Assembly (NCBI GenBank): GCA_951406725.2
Contig: OX597814.1
Location: 119,784,001 to 119,848,000 of the forward strand
Direction: 5' to 3'
Length of the DNA stretch: 64,000 nucleotides
Source: Octopus vulgaris
Taxonomy: Eukaryota
Made by a program: the position numbers and the translations under genes. Of this stretch, positions 37,446-51,840 are shown one piece after another. Position 1 is the first letter of the stretch. Each line of letters opens with the position of its first letter. Under the pieces are notes generated by a model. That model saw only the letters and a program-made list of their open reading frames with translations. It had not been told where the DNA came from and did not search any database.

Positions 37446-39958
37446 AAAGATTAAAAAAAGAATATATATATATATATTACATTATATCAGAATACATCAA
37501 GATTTTCCTTTCTGTTCTAAATACAACGAACTGGTTATTTTCAGATATATTTTAACGGGAATCTCTACAAAGTGGGAGACGAGTTTCTCTTTGTTGCAGA
37601 TCATTATCTAAGCTCATTTTAAAGATCACCCCACAACCTTTCTTTCATTAGCAAGACTAAATGATTCTATATGTCTGGTGGCATTGGTAAAGGAGGTTAC
37701 CTGATGAGCTACATTGAACGGGCTAACGAGACGCACTGACCACTTTAGTCAGGCTCTCAACACCATTCTCAAGCTTCAATTGAAAAAGAAATTGATTTTG
37801 CACAAATTGGTGATGCCTCGTAGTAAATGAATACATTAAAAGGTGTCCGAGACCTGCTGGCATGGTCCCAGGGAATGGGTTTCCTTTAAGCATATGCTTT
37901 GTATTTAAATTGGACAGCTTTGGGAGAACGCTTGACTTCATGTTCAGTGTGAGAATGGTTCTTTATTATTACCATATATTTGACAAATTTTCGTTTTGCT
38001 CGCTTCAAATCGTCTCTGACTTTGTAACTTTCGTCGTATGATATCCTCGTTTATGTATAAAATACAGTTGGTTATTATCTCGGTCCGAAAATTATTACTG
38101 CAATCTCACCAAATTCAATTTAAAAAGCGAAATTACAAAATAGAATGTTGGAAAATCCAGATGCGCATTTCTCCTTACAAGAGAAATATTGCCACATAGC
38201 GATTCAAGCCCTATTTGTTGAATCGTATCGAGAAAGGCGGAACAAAATCACATTTACAAGAAACACGAACACTTATATAAACACAAATGGACAAAACAAG
38301 ATTTAGAAAGATAAAAACACAACAAATAATGCATTAAATGTCTTACCGCGTATATCTCAATAAGAATATTTTTATGGTGTATTACTGAGAGAAAGTGCGA
38401 TCGATATTGTTACTATTAAGTGCAACGGCTTTCGCATAAACACGCTAAACAAGGGTAGCGTTTCTGAATGTGAGGTTTTGCCTGTGCTTTTAACACAATA
38501 AGTTAAATTCATGTGAAAGGAATCCGTGCAGCATACCTATTTGGAGTCATACAGTGTTCTTGTTTGTACAGTATAGACACGCCCAAGTAAGATAAAATCT
38601 TCCTGCAGGCCGCAAGAGAATTTATCGGGGACGTGGGGTAAGAGGTTCATCGCCTCAATGTGTGTTAATTGTGTTTTTAATTGTAATGGTCTTGTTAGTC
38701 CAAAGAAATTGTAAAACATTGTAAACTGTAAGAGGTTTATTACTGCAATATGTTTTTTATTAAAAGACGATGTTATAGAGAAGCAGAGGGTCGGCGGGAT
38801 TCTTTCTGCCTTCTCCCGTCCTTATCTTGTATCATTATTATTCGCCTCATCAATGTCTTGTCCAGCCCGCTAAGCTACATATCTGTGTACTGCATTTATG
38901 GTAAATGAAATGAATAAAAGTAAGATAAAATCTTACGTACTTTTGGTATTTTAAAAATATCATAGAGGCTTTCATTTACCTTCAAATGTGGAGGTGGAAA
39001 AACCTAGAACATGGAAGAACACATTCATCATCATATTTATACTTCAAATGTTACATCAAAGAAACAGAGACTACGCTTAGGGACAACAGCTATGACATTC
39101 GAAACTGGAACGTTATCGCTGATGTATTTCGTATGGGTGGATTGATTACTTCGGAGGGGACTAAAGAAGTTGTTGTAGATGGGTATAAGGATGAACATAC
39201 ATGCCCCATTGGATATGGAAAACCAGAACTCAACAAATAATATAAAAGAAAATTGTGCCCTATTAAGGAAGAAGAGAAAAATGGCACAAGGCTTACGATG
39301 CAATATTAAATGACAAAACGCTTTAATTGTTGTAATAATAGCCATTTGATAAATTTTGGTCTGAGGATTAGCTAAAGTAAAAAAAATATACGGCTTCAGA
39401 CCAGCAGTCCTAATTTCCAGAACTGCCCTGTTTCTTGATGTTCTTTTAATACTACTTCCATTTGCCTAACTGATTTCTATATGTTTGGTAAACTAGAAGT
39501 CCACACTGACAAACCACAAAATATCATGTAGCATCGCATGGCTCCATATGGAAAGAGTTAATACTGCTTAAACAATTTGGGAAAGCATTTGCAACTATGC
39601 GAAGGTATGGGGCCTTCTTTATGGAAAATGTCAGAAGTAGGCTTACAAAAAGTCGTGTTAAAACAGACATGAACCTTTGCTTTGTATGCTCCGATGTTTA
39701 AGTAGCACGCGCGCACTTTCAGTTGACATAGTTTTATCACGAGAAAGAAGTGTAATAGAGCGATTTAAAAGTTCAAAATCATAGTACGATATGACAGAAT
39801 TTAGTTGGAGCTGATGATTTGTGTCTTTATATTGGTGATAATTTGTTTTAATTGTTCGGTATCTTCATATAATTTCCTTTATACTCCTCATTAATATTTC
39901 AGTTGCGTCTTTTGTATAATATCCTCTTTCTCGCCATATAGCTGTAAGTCATGCATAG

Positions 39959-40002
<44 letters not shown>

Positions 40003-41344
40003 GATATATTACATGCGTATATATACACGTACATTATGTATTGTCTGATTGTAGTTCTTAAAACTCCTCCAAAATTTCCCTCGTATGCTTTTGTGATGTT
40101 CTCGTTAATTTGTATATGTAGCATTTTATTAGTTTCATCTTGTATGTATAAGAATGGTGTAGTATCATTAATTGTAGGTTTCTAGTTTATGGATCTAATT
40201 TAATGTGCTGAGTTTCAATTAATGTCCACTGTTTAGTAATTTTAATATAATTGTCAAACCCCATCTTGATTTTCACATCCAGCAGAATACATGGACAGTT
40301 ATTAAGATTTCCAGCTATATATTGTCATTTATAAGTACCACTATGTAATACTTAAAGCGGAAATGGTTTATAATTGCCACAACAATTTAGAAATGTTGGA
40401 TATTTTATTCAACAAAATTGTATATTTCAACCACCTGCAAAAGTAAATAAGAAATCGCCTTGGTAGATTCTTCATTTCACACTTATAGACATGTATTAAT
40501 CAGCCTCTCCGTACTCCAAAGTTGCGGCCTTTTGCGATTTTCTCATTACATGTCTTATGTTCCGTGGGTCTGAATACTCGCTCATTCATTAAAAGCGATC
40601 TTAGCAACCCACATATATTTCGTTGTATAATGAATGTTGTATGACGAATGTCAAGTTTGCTTGATGGATAATGAACGTTTCCCCATCATTTTGCCGTTAG
40701 TTACACCTTGTTTTCTTCCTCTTTCAGAAAGATAGAACGTAGGGCAACGGTGTAATTCCGGATACTTCGTCGCCGATTATTCAGAGATATAACTAGTTCG
40801 GTACGCTTTGCCCAGCAGCCTCCCAGAAAAGCAACTGATTCCAAATCTGAGTAGATAGTTTAAGAAATTTAGTTTGGTTAGCTACCCAGGAAATGCAAAT
40901 TTCAACGCAACACCAAATAAGCTGAGAACTAGATACCAGTGTCTTAGCATACAACAGCTTGGTAAATGAACACTGTACTGAAATGTAGACCCAATACCCC
41001 GAAATTATTCTGCAGGTCAAGGACGCGCTCATGTGTACAGCCATCCTTTCTGATCGTTAATCAAGACCTCCAGCGTTGGGTAAGACATGCTAAAAGCAGG
41101 TACAGGATAACACTCAAAGCCGCAGTGTTTACCCTGTATGAAAATGATGTGAACGTATTTCTCATCCGAGATAAACTAGAAAGGACATTATCCGGAAGTG
41201 CACTGGACGGTTATGTGACCTTCACTGAAGACAACGCTGTTTGCTCAGTGAGCAACAGAAGTTAGTCTAACCAAGACGCATTTCAGTTGAACTCGATTAG
41301 CTGTGCCCAACAAGTATCCTGATATGCGGTCGAATAACAATAAA

Positions 41345-41475
41345 TAAATCCTTTCTACTATAGATACAAGGCCTGAAATATGAAGCGCGGCCGAGTCGAT
41401 TACATCGACCCCACTACTCAATCGATATTATTTTTTGATACCATAGGTATGAAAGGCAAAGTTGACATTGGTAGA
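41345..41475 (-). mobile_element. SINE family B fragment
   Basis: GTCGATTACATCGACCCC..ATGAAAGGCAAAGTTGAC. Confidence 0.6.
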
Positions 41476-44113
41476 AAGAAAAAGAAATAATGAAACGGCC
41501 AAAACACTCCTACTTAGTAGAAGTAAGTCACTCATGCTGGAACATCCGGACCACATTTGATACAGCAGATAGTGATCGCATAGAACGTTGCACTAGGCTG
41601 CTTTACTCGTGATATTTCAAGGTTCACTATTGACACCACTGCTTTCAGTGAAATCCTCGTAAAAAGCGTAGTGATATTCTACATAATTCTGGCCACCGAT
41701 TTCATTATTTTTGTCTCTTAGATGCTGAAAGACACCTTACTGGAGTATTTTGGTATTCATGAAAGGAATTGTTTCAAATTCTGGAAATCGGTCCAAACCA
41801 ATAGCTATGATCAGCATGCAACTAAGTTTAAACCTCGTAGAAAGGTACAGTTTCAATGTATTATGTCCCCGATCTCTAAACAGATTCTGAATTTTGCCGC
41901 AAATCATACGCTAAACTCATGTAGGAAAGATTATCCTTGGTGACACAAAGCTTCGGTAGTTAAAGTCTCATAAGTCAGAGTAGAAGTACTTTGAAAACAT
42001 AATATCGGAAATTTATTGCAAAGAACAACGTTTGCAATCTTTCATTCGATACGCTATCTTCCAGTAGAAACTCAGCCCGAAAAAACTCCAGAATCTTCCT
42101 TAGTCGAAGCTTTGGCACCAAATAGACGTCATTGTGTTACTTCCGACAAGCATTCGAAATGTGTTCTAAATTCAAATAGTGTCCACTGCATTATGATACA
42201 TAGTGCTGGCTTATAGTCTGCTGCTCTATTGAACATCATGTAATATCCAAGATAAAGGGAGAATGTGTTCCTAAGTAAGGGTGTCATGTAAGTCAGTTGT
42301 AAGCCTGTTTTGAGCCAAATCATTAAAATGAGATTGAGGACCTTAACCTCGCTACAATTCATTTCCCAAGATTTCTCTGTGAGAAGTTAAAATATACTAA
42401 GCTGCATCCGTCCACTGAAGAAGCCCCAAGGTTTTCGACAATCAAACAACAGCTGTTTCAAGGAAACTTCCAGATCCAGAACTTATGTACTGGAGAATGA
42501 TGAAGGGACATTGTAAAAAGAACATTTTTATTGGCATTTTTGTGATAATAAAATATCTTAGGATGTTACGACAATGATGTATGACTCTTTGCACAACATT
42601 CAAAACAATTTGGGAGTACAGACAGAGAAACACTCTTTAGAAACTAATTGCATAAGCTGACCGCGTGGTTGAAGCATTTCCAAACTATCCTCGACACCAA
42701 TTGCATTAAATAAATTCAGCAGAAACGATTGTTATTAGGTTCAAACATTGTTTCCTTCAAAACATACATGACTACAGAGTACATCAGATCAACCGGCATG
42801 ATATGTACGGCCTTTTATATGCCTTTTATGAAGGGCTTATTTTTATAGGTTACACTGCTTCCTTTAGATGTTTTGGACATTCATTCTTACCGATTTCTTT
42901 AAGTCTTTATTTTCATTATTATTAATAACAGTGTTGATGACACAAATGAGTATGACAATTATAATGGCAATATTGCTGACGATGGCAATAATGATGATAA
43001 TCGTAATCATGCATGCTGTCGTTGATAGTGAACATAGTTAATATTTTGTGAGCTGCGTGAATACATTAAGGTATGAAAAGGCAAATACACTGTAATCTTG
43101 AACCTCCAAGTTCCGGACATTAGAAAGAGAAAAAAATTGTTTGATCCATGTTAATGAAACGGAAAAGTAACAAATAGAAAAGGAAGATGGAAAGCCACTA
43201 TATCTAAAAAGGGAGTATTATGTGGCCTAACATTAATAATTGCTGCTGGAACTAAAAGAAAAGAGGATTATGACGACACAAACTAAAAAGGCTAAAATGG
43301 AGTGTTTCACCGAATTATGGCTCTATAAAGGAGATAAAAGAATGTTATAGCATCGAATGCTTTTGTTTTTATTTGTTTACAATGAATTAACTCTGGAAAC
43401 AAGTTTGATTTTCAACAACGACATGGCGTAAAGATACGCCATGGTTACGCAAACATTAACAGATTAAAGCTGATCATAATGTGGTCAGGATGGCACATAA
43501 CTATTACAAAATAAATGGTACTTGGACACTACTACAGCGCCTTCTTTTACTTCTAACGCTGGTATATTTACTATTGCTGTCCCTGTGAACTTTCTTACAG
43601 CAGCGTCTTCAAAGAGAACATTAACTGCATCGAACTCACCGTTTTTTGAAAGCTTTAGAAAGGCTATCTGTACATCTCCTTCATCTAAAGCAAACTAGTG
43701 AAATATTACTTTCACAGCTAAAACATTCGCCAATATTATTTATTCAGTTATGGATAAAAATTAAACGGAGAAATCAGAAAATCTGACCATGATGAAAGGT
43801 TGATGGTTCACATCTAAAAGGTAGGCGCGAGAACATGTGAAAATATAAAATAGATTATGCATCGGGAAAAATGTACTGGGATTAAAAGACAACTGCACGT
43901 ACAGGGAATGTGGGTTAAATAATTGGGTTTTAGTGGATAAAGTCTATAATAGATAGACGTTGCATATATTAGCCACTACACACATTTTTTTCTCTCCTTT
44001 TTTTCTGTGTCCCTTTCTGTAGAAGAGCATAAAAGACTTTCTATTCCTGAGCGTTATACTAATACATCTGTTTGTTTTGTACACAACCTGTCTTCGTAAA
44101 CTCACTCTCTCTC

Positions 44114-44155
<42 letters not shown>

Positions 44156-46160
44156 GAAATAATTTTTGTCTCTTTTTATGGAAACATGGTTTTATGAAAT
44201 GAACTTTGACATACTCTTGTCTGAGGAGAGTAAGGAAATTTTTTCAGCCGATTGATGCTTTTTAAAAATTTATTTAGATTTTTAGTAATATGACATGCTT
44301 TAGAAGTTTTAGATTGTATATATCTTCTCGATAGTCCGTGCTATATATCTATATGTTAATTCTCATATATAGTTTTTACCTTCTGTGTTTTTTTATAAAT
44401 GTATACCTTATGCTTTTTATATATGTATGTTTTATATGTTTAAGAGCCATGTTAATATTTATATATGATCAAATGTTTAGATGTATGGTTTTATACATAA
44501 AGTCGTTGACTTGAATTTGATGTTTGTTCTATGATCAATGTTATATATATATATTTTGTCAGTAGCGTCTGGAACCATGTGAAACTAATGTTGGAGAAGC
44601 ATTAGTCGGCAAGAGGAGATTCTAGATACAAATACATTACAATAGCTGGTTTTCAGTGAGGTTTAAAAGAGAAATCAACATCCCTATGGCCGGCACTTTT
44701 GTAGAGAGAAAAGAACTATGTAAGTCCAAATACCACAGGAATCCGAAATAAAAATTGTCTTATCACTATAGGAGGGGCTATAGGGGAGGAAAATAGCTTG
44801 CATAGTGTGCAAAGAGACGCAGTAAATTGAAGGGAATGTTAGTGACCGTGAATAGCATTGACAAATTTGGAAATAGCGTATGTTGGGGCGTCAAAAATAT
44901 TTTGCCGTTGTAGATACATGCAAGGCAAAAGCGTATATATATACAAGCATAAGACAAACAAAACGAAAGACACACGGGCAACTAAACTAAGGTAGATGTA
45001 CAAGACAATTAGACACATAGGTATACAGAATAATCACATGCCCAAACACACACATATTTGTGCCATGCTTCATATAAAAAATAATTCTTTCAAAAATTGC
45101 ATATAGTTTTTAAAACAATGCTAGCTGATTTGTACTTCTTTGTGCTAAACACGTCACGCAATTCAGGACTTGTTAATCGTCATCTGGTACTAAAAAATGA
45201 GTGGAATAACACGTTGGCAGTTTTCCTTGGTATGACTATACATATTGTATGTATCCCTAAAAAATTATCACCTCAGATTGAAGTCTGAATTATAGGGATA
45301 ACATGTTATAATCACAACGTTTTAAAGAAAAGAAGACATCGGCGAACTAGCAATACTTTCGGCCTTAAAATAATCAGTCAAAATAAAATTTTTACTTGAT
45401 AACCTCAGATTCTACATTTTATACAACTTTTTTGGACGTATTTTCGTATGGCAACGCCACTTCAATGAATGTGCCACCAGGAAAATATTCGATAAGAGAA
45501 TTAAAACAAATCGCACTAGCCAATGAAAATACCTAGTCACCTTATGTTTCGTCTCAATAAATAGAAGAGAGGTCTCATAATATTACATGGTTAATTTTCC
45601 ACACTTAACACACTATATAACGTAATACAAGAAAATAGCCCCAAGCACTAATAGAAAGGCATTTACCAGGACCACAGATATGTATACTGGATAAAAATAC
45701 TACTAAAATTTTATGTAGCAACAGGATAAAAACGAAATATATAATAACGTGAGCAGGACGTTATATAACAATTTTTAACGTTTGTTCGAGATTTTTGATT
45801 TGCCATTTATGTAGGTTCCTGCTCACATAAGAAGGTAAATATATACATCTAGAAAAATCATCCAAAAACGATTATAAAGTATAAGGTATAATTTAGAAGG
45901 CAGCTCTAATATCCGTTTGAGACGAATTAGATGAAACAAGTTACGAATGCAGGAGATAAGGAAACTTGAAAACTTGAAAAGAATTCCTTTAATCAATTTG
46001 ACTAATTGGTCAGTACATCTTAATTTGGCTGCTGTTTCAGGAAATGAGAAAATATCACGGACTAGGATGAAATTATAAAATTGTCCACGCTCTACAAAAC
46101 TGTAGCTGAAATGGTTAACTCATACACAGAAAAATATAGCATCAGCAAAATATTCCTTAA

Positions 46161-46666
46161 CCCATTAACTGCCATATCGTTTCATTGATATTTTTTGGGT
46201 TTGACTGGTGTCTTAGGAGATAAAAATTATAAATAGTATCTAAATTTTCTTCATATGAGAACTATATTGGAAATTATAAATTTTTTGAAAAGTCCCAAAT
46301 GTGTATCGCTGAAAAAAAGCATATTTATCCTTTTCTATTCAATTTCAATAATAAACACTTAATTTTTTCTTTTTTTTTGGGGGGGGGGACTTTAGCACCA
46401 AATGCAAAATACTAATGAATAATATAAATGGCAAATGGAAAAAAAATAAAACAGTCAATACTTTTGCAGTAGAAAATTGCTGTTTATGTTGTAAAATGTC
46501 CTCAAGAATTAACCTGAGCAAATAATGACAAACTTTAACTAATAAATATTATTAAACACCTCTACAAATGCAATGTACATAAGCAATTTACTTTAAATAC
46601 CAAGAAGAACCGGCAGTGACAAAGTTTTAGCAGATCCCCCACATTAGGCTAATGGTAGGCAATGGG
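46161..46666. mobile_element. piggyBac-like non-autonomous element
   Basis: TTAA-CCCATTAACTGCC ... GGTAGGCAATGGG-TTAA: TTAA TSD and CCC/GGG termini with imperfect 13-bp TIRs. Confidence 0.65.
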
Positions 46667-46737
46667 TTAAATATATGTTTCAACTTCACTCGAAAGTGGC
46701 GCCTGCTACTCAAATATGCAATATGTATTAAATAAGT

Positions 46738-46993
46738 AAATAAATGCGCCCTTTTAAAGCCTAGCCAGACTCATGGGCCTGGTTCCCCGCTATTACTGGC
46801 GTATGTGTTCCCCAGCTGGAAGGGACGCCAGTCCATCGCAGCGTTACTCATTTTTGCCAGCTGAGTGGACTGGAGCAACGTGAAATGAAGTATTTTGCTC
46901 AAGAAAGCAACGCGTCGCCCGGTCCAGGAATCGAAACCACAATCTTGCGATCATGATGCCGACACCCTAACCACTAAGCCACGCGCCTCCACG
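46738..46993 (-). mobile_element. tRNA-derived SINE family C
   Basis: Reverse complement of 48185-48437. Head GCGTGGCTTAGTGGTTAG..GGTTTCGATTCC and body GCGATGGACTGGCGTCCC. Confidence 0.85.
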
Positions 46994-47418
46994 CAATGTG
47001 TATTGCCGAATCATTAAATGTTTTTATGTTTTTTTTACGCTAAATGTTCCTTGATTTTAATTGGGTCTGTTTTACTTTCATTTTATTATCAGTCAATATT
47101 TAAAATCTCATCTTCAAAAATTTATAAAATTTATTACACGGGTTCAAATACTATGACAATTGGAAAATAAATTATTTTTCGTCGTTTATCTAAGATTTAT
47201 TTATATATTTTAAATATTCAAGCTTTAACCTCTATAACACGAACTAATAATTTCTATAATGTCTGATCATATTTCAGATTTTATATAAAATGCGAGTCTC
47301 GTTAGTTAGAACATAATTCTTGAATATATATCGTGGTAGACATGTATTTAGAAGTGATAGAAATAATTTCAATATTCATTGTGAGACTGTAATAACGTTA
47401 CGAAGATAGTTCACATAG

Positions 47419-47577
47419 AGGTACTAGTATCGTAGAGTGATCCCGGTTTGCGCACACGCGCAGACGCGCGTCCGTGCTAGCCAGTCAGCTCGTAGGATCG
47501 ACTGCCTACGTCTGGCTAGCACGGACGCGCGTCTGCGCGTGTGCGCAAACCGGGACCACTCTACGATACTAGTACCT
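47419..47577. repeat. GC-rich near-perfect palindrome (probable MITE), about 66-bp arms
   Basis: AGGTACTAGTATCGTAGAGTG..GCTAGCCAG / CTGGCTAGC..CACTCTACGATACTAGTACCT, with one mismatch. The loop holds a further small stem CGTAGG/CCTACG. Confidence 0.85.
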
Positions 47578-48184
47578 AAATTCTCCACGTATGGTATATT
47601 TCCTTTGGCTCGGAACCGTTTAGGGGTGCACCTGCATTTACCACAGAGAAATATAAAATTTCAATTTCGAAATTGAAACTTGTTCGAAGACTAACGTAGA
47701 TACAACGACGCATACGCGTGTGTGAACAACAGTAGATGAAGGTGTCTGATTGCGTGTCTCACAACATTGCTTTCGAATCTCGGTGCATCAAACTTTGATT
47801 ATGCTGACGTCATATTTGTTTTCCTTCGATTCAGGTGTGATAAAAAATAGTATCAATTTCGGGCGGTGTAACTTACAACACATGTTCTGGTAACTGACAG
47901 GACAACCAAAAACTACACTATTTATAGTCTAGGTCATCCTTGTTATTTCCTCGGTGACCATCGACGGGATGGACAGAGCATAGTTTTATGCTAAAACAAA
48001 CACGCAAGTATACACCTTGGTGAAAATTGATCCAAGCACAGAAACCCCCTAATTGACCACAAGGGGGCACTGCCCCTATATATCTGAGGATGTAGTCAGC
48101 TAATGCAAGGCTGAATCGACTTACTAATAATACGTATTTTGCCTAGTATTATTTAAAATTATTTTTGCCTAGTATTATTAGTAC

Positions 48185-48437
48185 GTGGAGGTGCGTGGGT
48201 TAGTGGTTAGGGTGTCAGCATCATGATCGTAAGATTGTAGTTTCGATTCCTGGACCGGGCGACACGTTGTGTTCTTGAGAAAAACACTTCATTTCACGTT
48301 GCTCCAGTCCACTCAGCTGGCAAAAATGAGTAACGCTAGCGATAGACTGATGTCCCGTCCAGCTGGGGAACACATACGCCATAGAAACCGGGAAACCGGT
48401 CCCATGAGCCTGGCTAGGCTTTAAAAGGGCGCATTTA
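48185..48437 (+). mobile_element. tRNA-derived SINE family C
   Basis: A/B-box-like head. Matches 46738-46993. Confidence 0.85.
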
Positions 48438-48485
48438 TTATATATTATTATTAGTACAGCGTGCGTTTGGTTATACATAGATACA

Positions 48486-48872
48486 GGAGTGGCTGTGCGG
48501 TAAGACGTTTGCTTCCCAGCCACATGGCTCCGGGTTCAGTTCCATTGAGTGGTACCTACGGGGAAGTGTTTTCTACTATAGCTTCGGGCCGACCAAAGCC
48601 TTATGAGTGGATTTAGTATACGGAAACTGAAAGAAACCCGTTGTGTATATATAAATATATGTATATATGTGTGTGTCTCCACTGTGTTTGTCCCACCATC
48701 ACACCTTGACAACTGGTGTTGTTGTGATTACGTCCCCGTAACTTAGCGGTTCGGCCACAGAACCGACGGTTTAAGTACCTGACTTTAAAAATAAGTTCTG
48801 GTGACGATTCACTAGACTAAAATTTCAAGGTAGTGCCCCAGCATGACCGCAGTCTAATGACTGAAACAATTA
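48486..48872 (+). mobile_element. SINE family A, diverged full-length copy
   Basis: GGAGTGGCTGTGCGGTAAG head through ATGACTGAAACAA tail. Confidence 0.8.
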
Positions 48873-48925
48873 AAATCTAAAAGTTACAAAATGTCACACA
48901 CACGCATTATTATTATTACTATTAC

Positions 48926-48980
<55 letters not shown>

Positions 48981-50139
48981 TTTACTTCGGTCGAATCAGT
49001 CTCTAAGTTTCACCTGTGGTTACAAAAGATACTGAGGCAAGTTATGATTATCAAAATGAAATTTAAAATTCCCTGTAATGAAGGCACTGATGTGACAGAA
49101 TCGTTAGTTTGACGACATTTCGTTTATCTTTTACGTTGTACATGGAAATTCCACCGAGGTCAATTGTACCTTTCATACTTTCAGGATCAATAAAATAAAT
49201 ACCAGTTGAGAACTGGAGTCAGTCTAAACGACTAGTCCCCTGCCGCCAAATTGCTAATCTGCCAATATTTGAAACATATTTCCTATTATGTGATTGGGTA
49301 CCCTTTGTTTTCAAGGTTAATACTACACACACACACTGGACTGTCTCTATGTGGACCCAAGGACACAGGTAACCAGGTATCCCTATCCTTGCAGGGCATG
49401 CTCGGTGTGTCGACGAATTTCTCTCTTAAAGTATGTCTCCTTGGAAAGGGTACAACAGGTACTCAACAGAACTAAATATCACATTACCGAGTAACTCTCT
49501 AACGGCGGACAAAGCAGACAAGGAGCCTTTTACATTCCTATGGTTAGATGTTCTTAATGGTCCATACCGGTCAATTTACGAAGTGCTGGACAGAATTGCT
49601 ATGAAGGCGTGATTTAACAATAATTTAGTATCTACTTCAGTCTCATCTCCAGATTTTGCCTGTCCCGCGCTTCATGTACCGCAGAGAAAGGTTTTGAAAT
49701 CATATTGATTGGGTTACCTCCTGGCAAGGTGTAATCCACATTTATGAAACCAACGATATGGGTTTCCTAAATTGTAAATTGAAAACAAGTGCAACCTGTA
49801 GCCGGTCTGAAATTTCGTGTCTCCAAATACACAGATACAATGTATATTATTTTAGTGGATCAACATGTGTTAAACGCTGCCAATATGCCTTTAATGCAAT
49901 CAATCACCGTAATTTGTTGATGAGATATGAATTCGCTTAGAAGCCATGCATAGCATAAATGTTTGAGTGTAGATAGAAACTCTACAAAGATCCAAACCTT
50001 TAGTCTATTCAGCTTTATATATTTAAACATCCAAGTACTTCCCCTTCATATATGAATTCATGACAGATAATCTTCAAAATAACAACAGTGAACACGTGAT
50101 TAATTCTCAGCCTTGCTTCAGAGGAGAGACGGGATATAT

Positions 50140-50345
50140 AGTTTTCTACTCTGGGCACAAGGCCCGAAATTTTTCGGGAAAGATCAAGTCGATTAGATCG
50201 ACATCGGTATGTAACCGGTACTTAAATTATCGACCCCGAAAGGATGAAAGGCAAAGTCGACCTCGGCGGAATTTGAACTCAGAATGTAAAGACAGACGAA
50301 ATAACGCTAAGCATTTCGCCCTCCGCGCTAACGATTCTGCCAGAA
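50140..50345 (-). mobile_element. SINE family B
   Basis: Family B core on the minus strand. Confidence 0.85.
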
Positions 50346-50399
50346 AAGAACTAAAAATTGAAACACTTACACACCAAGCCAGTATAAAGAAGGGAATTT

Positions 50400-51480
50400 A
50401 CAAGTACATATTTCAGTATTTGATGACGAAATTAATGCATACACAGTCAAGGATAGCGAAAGATATGCACAGCATATTTCGCCGGAAATGGAAAGAAATT
50501 TTCTACGACTGGCCTTCTTGGAGGAATTCACTACCGATTTAATTAAAAGACGTTAGCACGCCGGGCGAAATGCGTAAACGTTTTTCGTCTGTCGTTACGT
50601 TCCGAGTTCAAATTCCGCCGAGGTCGACTTTGCCTTTCATCCTTTCGGGGTCGATAAATTAAGTACCAGTTACGCACTGGGGTCGATGTAATCGACTTAA
50701 TCCGATTGTTTATCCTTGTTTGTCCCCTCTATGTTTAGCCCCTTGTGGGTAGTAAAGAAATGAATTTAATTAAAAGACGGAACACGACTGGATGGCAAAA
50801 TGAGTACCGACAGGCACTCGCGCTAATCCACAGGGCGGCCAAGGCCGGCAGCAGGAATACCACCTCGGTATTTTAAAAAGAGATGGTAGGGTTTCAGAGC
50901 GTGACACTCTATGAGATACTCTGAGGCTCGATGAGAATCAGCTAACCAACCTGTTTCATAGAACTTGAGGACGGAGCATTTGGATAATTACCAAAGATCC
51001 CTTACCTGGCAGTGCTATAGGAATGTATTACCTGTTCGATAGAAATTGTCTAGACACGGCATTCTAGTGTCGCTGACATGCCCAAAGTGTGGGCAGGAAG
51101 AGGAAACCGTCTTGCACGCCTTTGTACAGTGTCTGGAGATTTCGAGTTTGATAATTTACGTCGAACACATGTCACATCTGGGAAAAGTACAGTTGCCAGC
51201 TGAGTCTATGATAAAGACTGTACCGCCAACCGGACTTTCAAAGGAAAGTGAGGCATGTTTTCTCTGTACAGTAGCCGTTAGGAAAATGTGTACTTGGAGG
51301 ACTAGAATGTTAGGAGTCGCGACAGTACATTTTATCTCCGGCCCAGGCTTGCTGTATTTCTTCAGATACCATCTGAGGAGAAAGATAAGGCTGGAGATAA
51401 GACATCTGTCACAAGAGATATATGAGAAAAAATGGAAGGATGTTGTGAGAAAGTTGGGAGTGACAGTCCCTACTTAATCA
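50400..51480 (+). mobile_element. Tx1/L1-like LINE C-terminal fragment (zf-RVT CCHC), interrupted by a SINE
   Basis: YQRSLTWQCYRNVLPVR*KLSRHG..TCPKCGQEEETVLHAFVQC...W..R. The upstream limit is approximate. Confidence 0.7.
50551..50763 (+). mobile_element. SINE family B with clear TSD
   Basis: Flanked by ATTTAATTAAAAGACG at 50537-50552 and 50764-50779. Confidence 0.9.
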
Positions 51481-51539
51481 CATGGCATATGGGGTACAAT
51501 CTCTAGCCGTCTGAACCACAGTCAGTGCTTTTAAAAAAA

Positions 51540-51572
<33 letters not shown>

Positions 51573-51795
51573 CGTTTTATTTATTGTTTTGCACACTACT
51601 TAATTATCGTTATATGTTTCATCTTGTATTTAATCTTTCTATAATATGTAATTATATAGATGGTATAACTAAATTTTTTATTTTTGAATTGATAAATGGT
51701 GTTTTTTTTTCTAATTTATATATTCTATTTTGTGAAATTTGATTCAGTATTTCTAAATTGAATTTTTCCCTCTAAGTTTGAAATAATATTCCCTC

Positions 51796-51840
<45 letters not shown>

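Noticed and set aside
40700-42800. Moderately GC-richer stretch with short ORFs and scattered CTGAAGA / CAGCTGTTTC words
   Set aside because: Probably ancient TE debris (possibly PLE). I could not recover diagnostic motifs, a full hammerhead or splice-supported exons.
50060-50542. 160-aa ORF
   Set aside because: It reads through an antisense SINE into a decayed LINE. No domain coherence.
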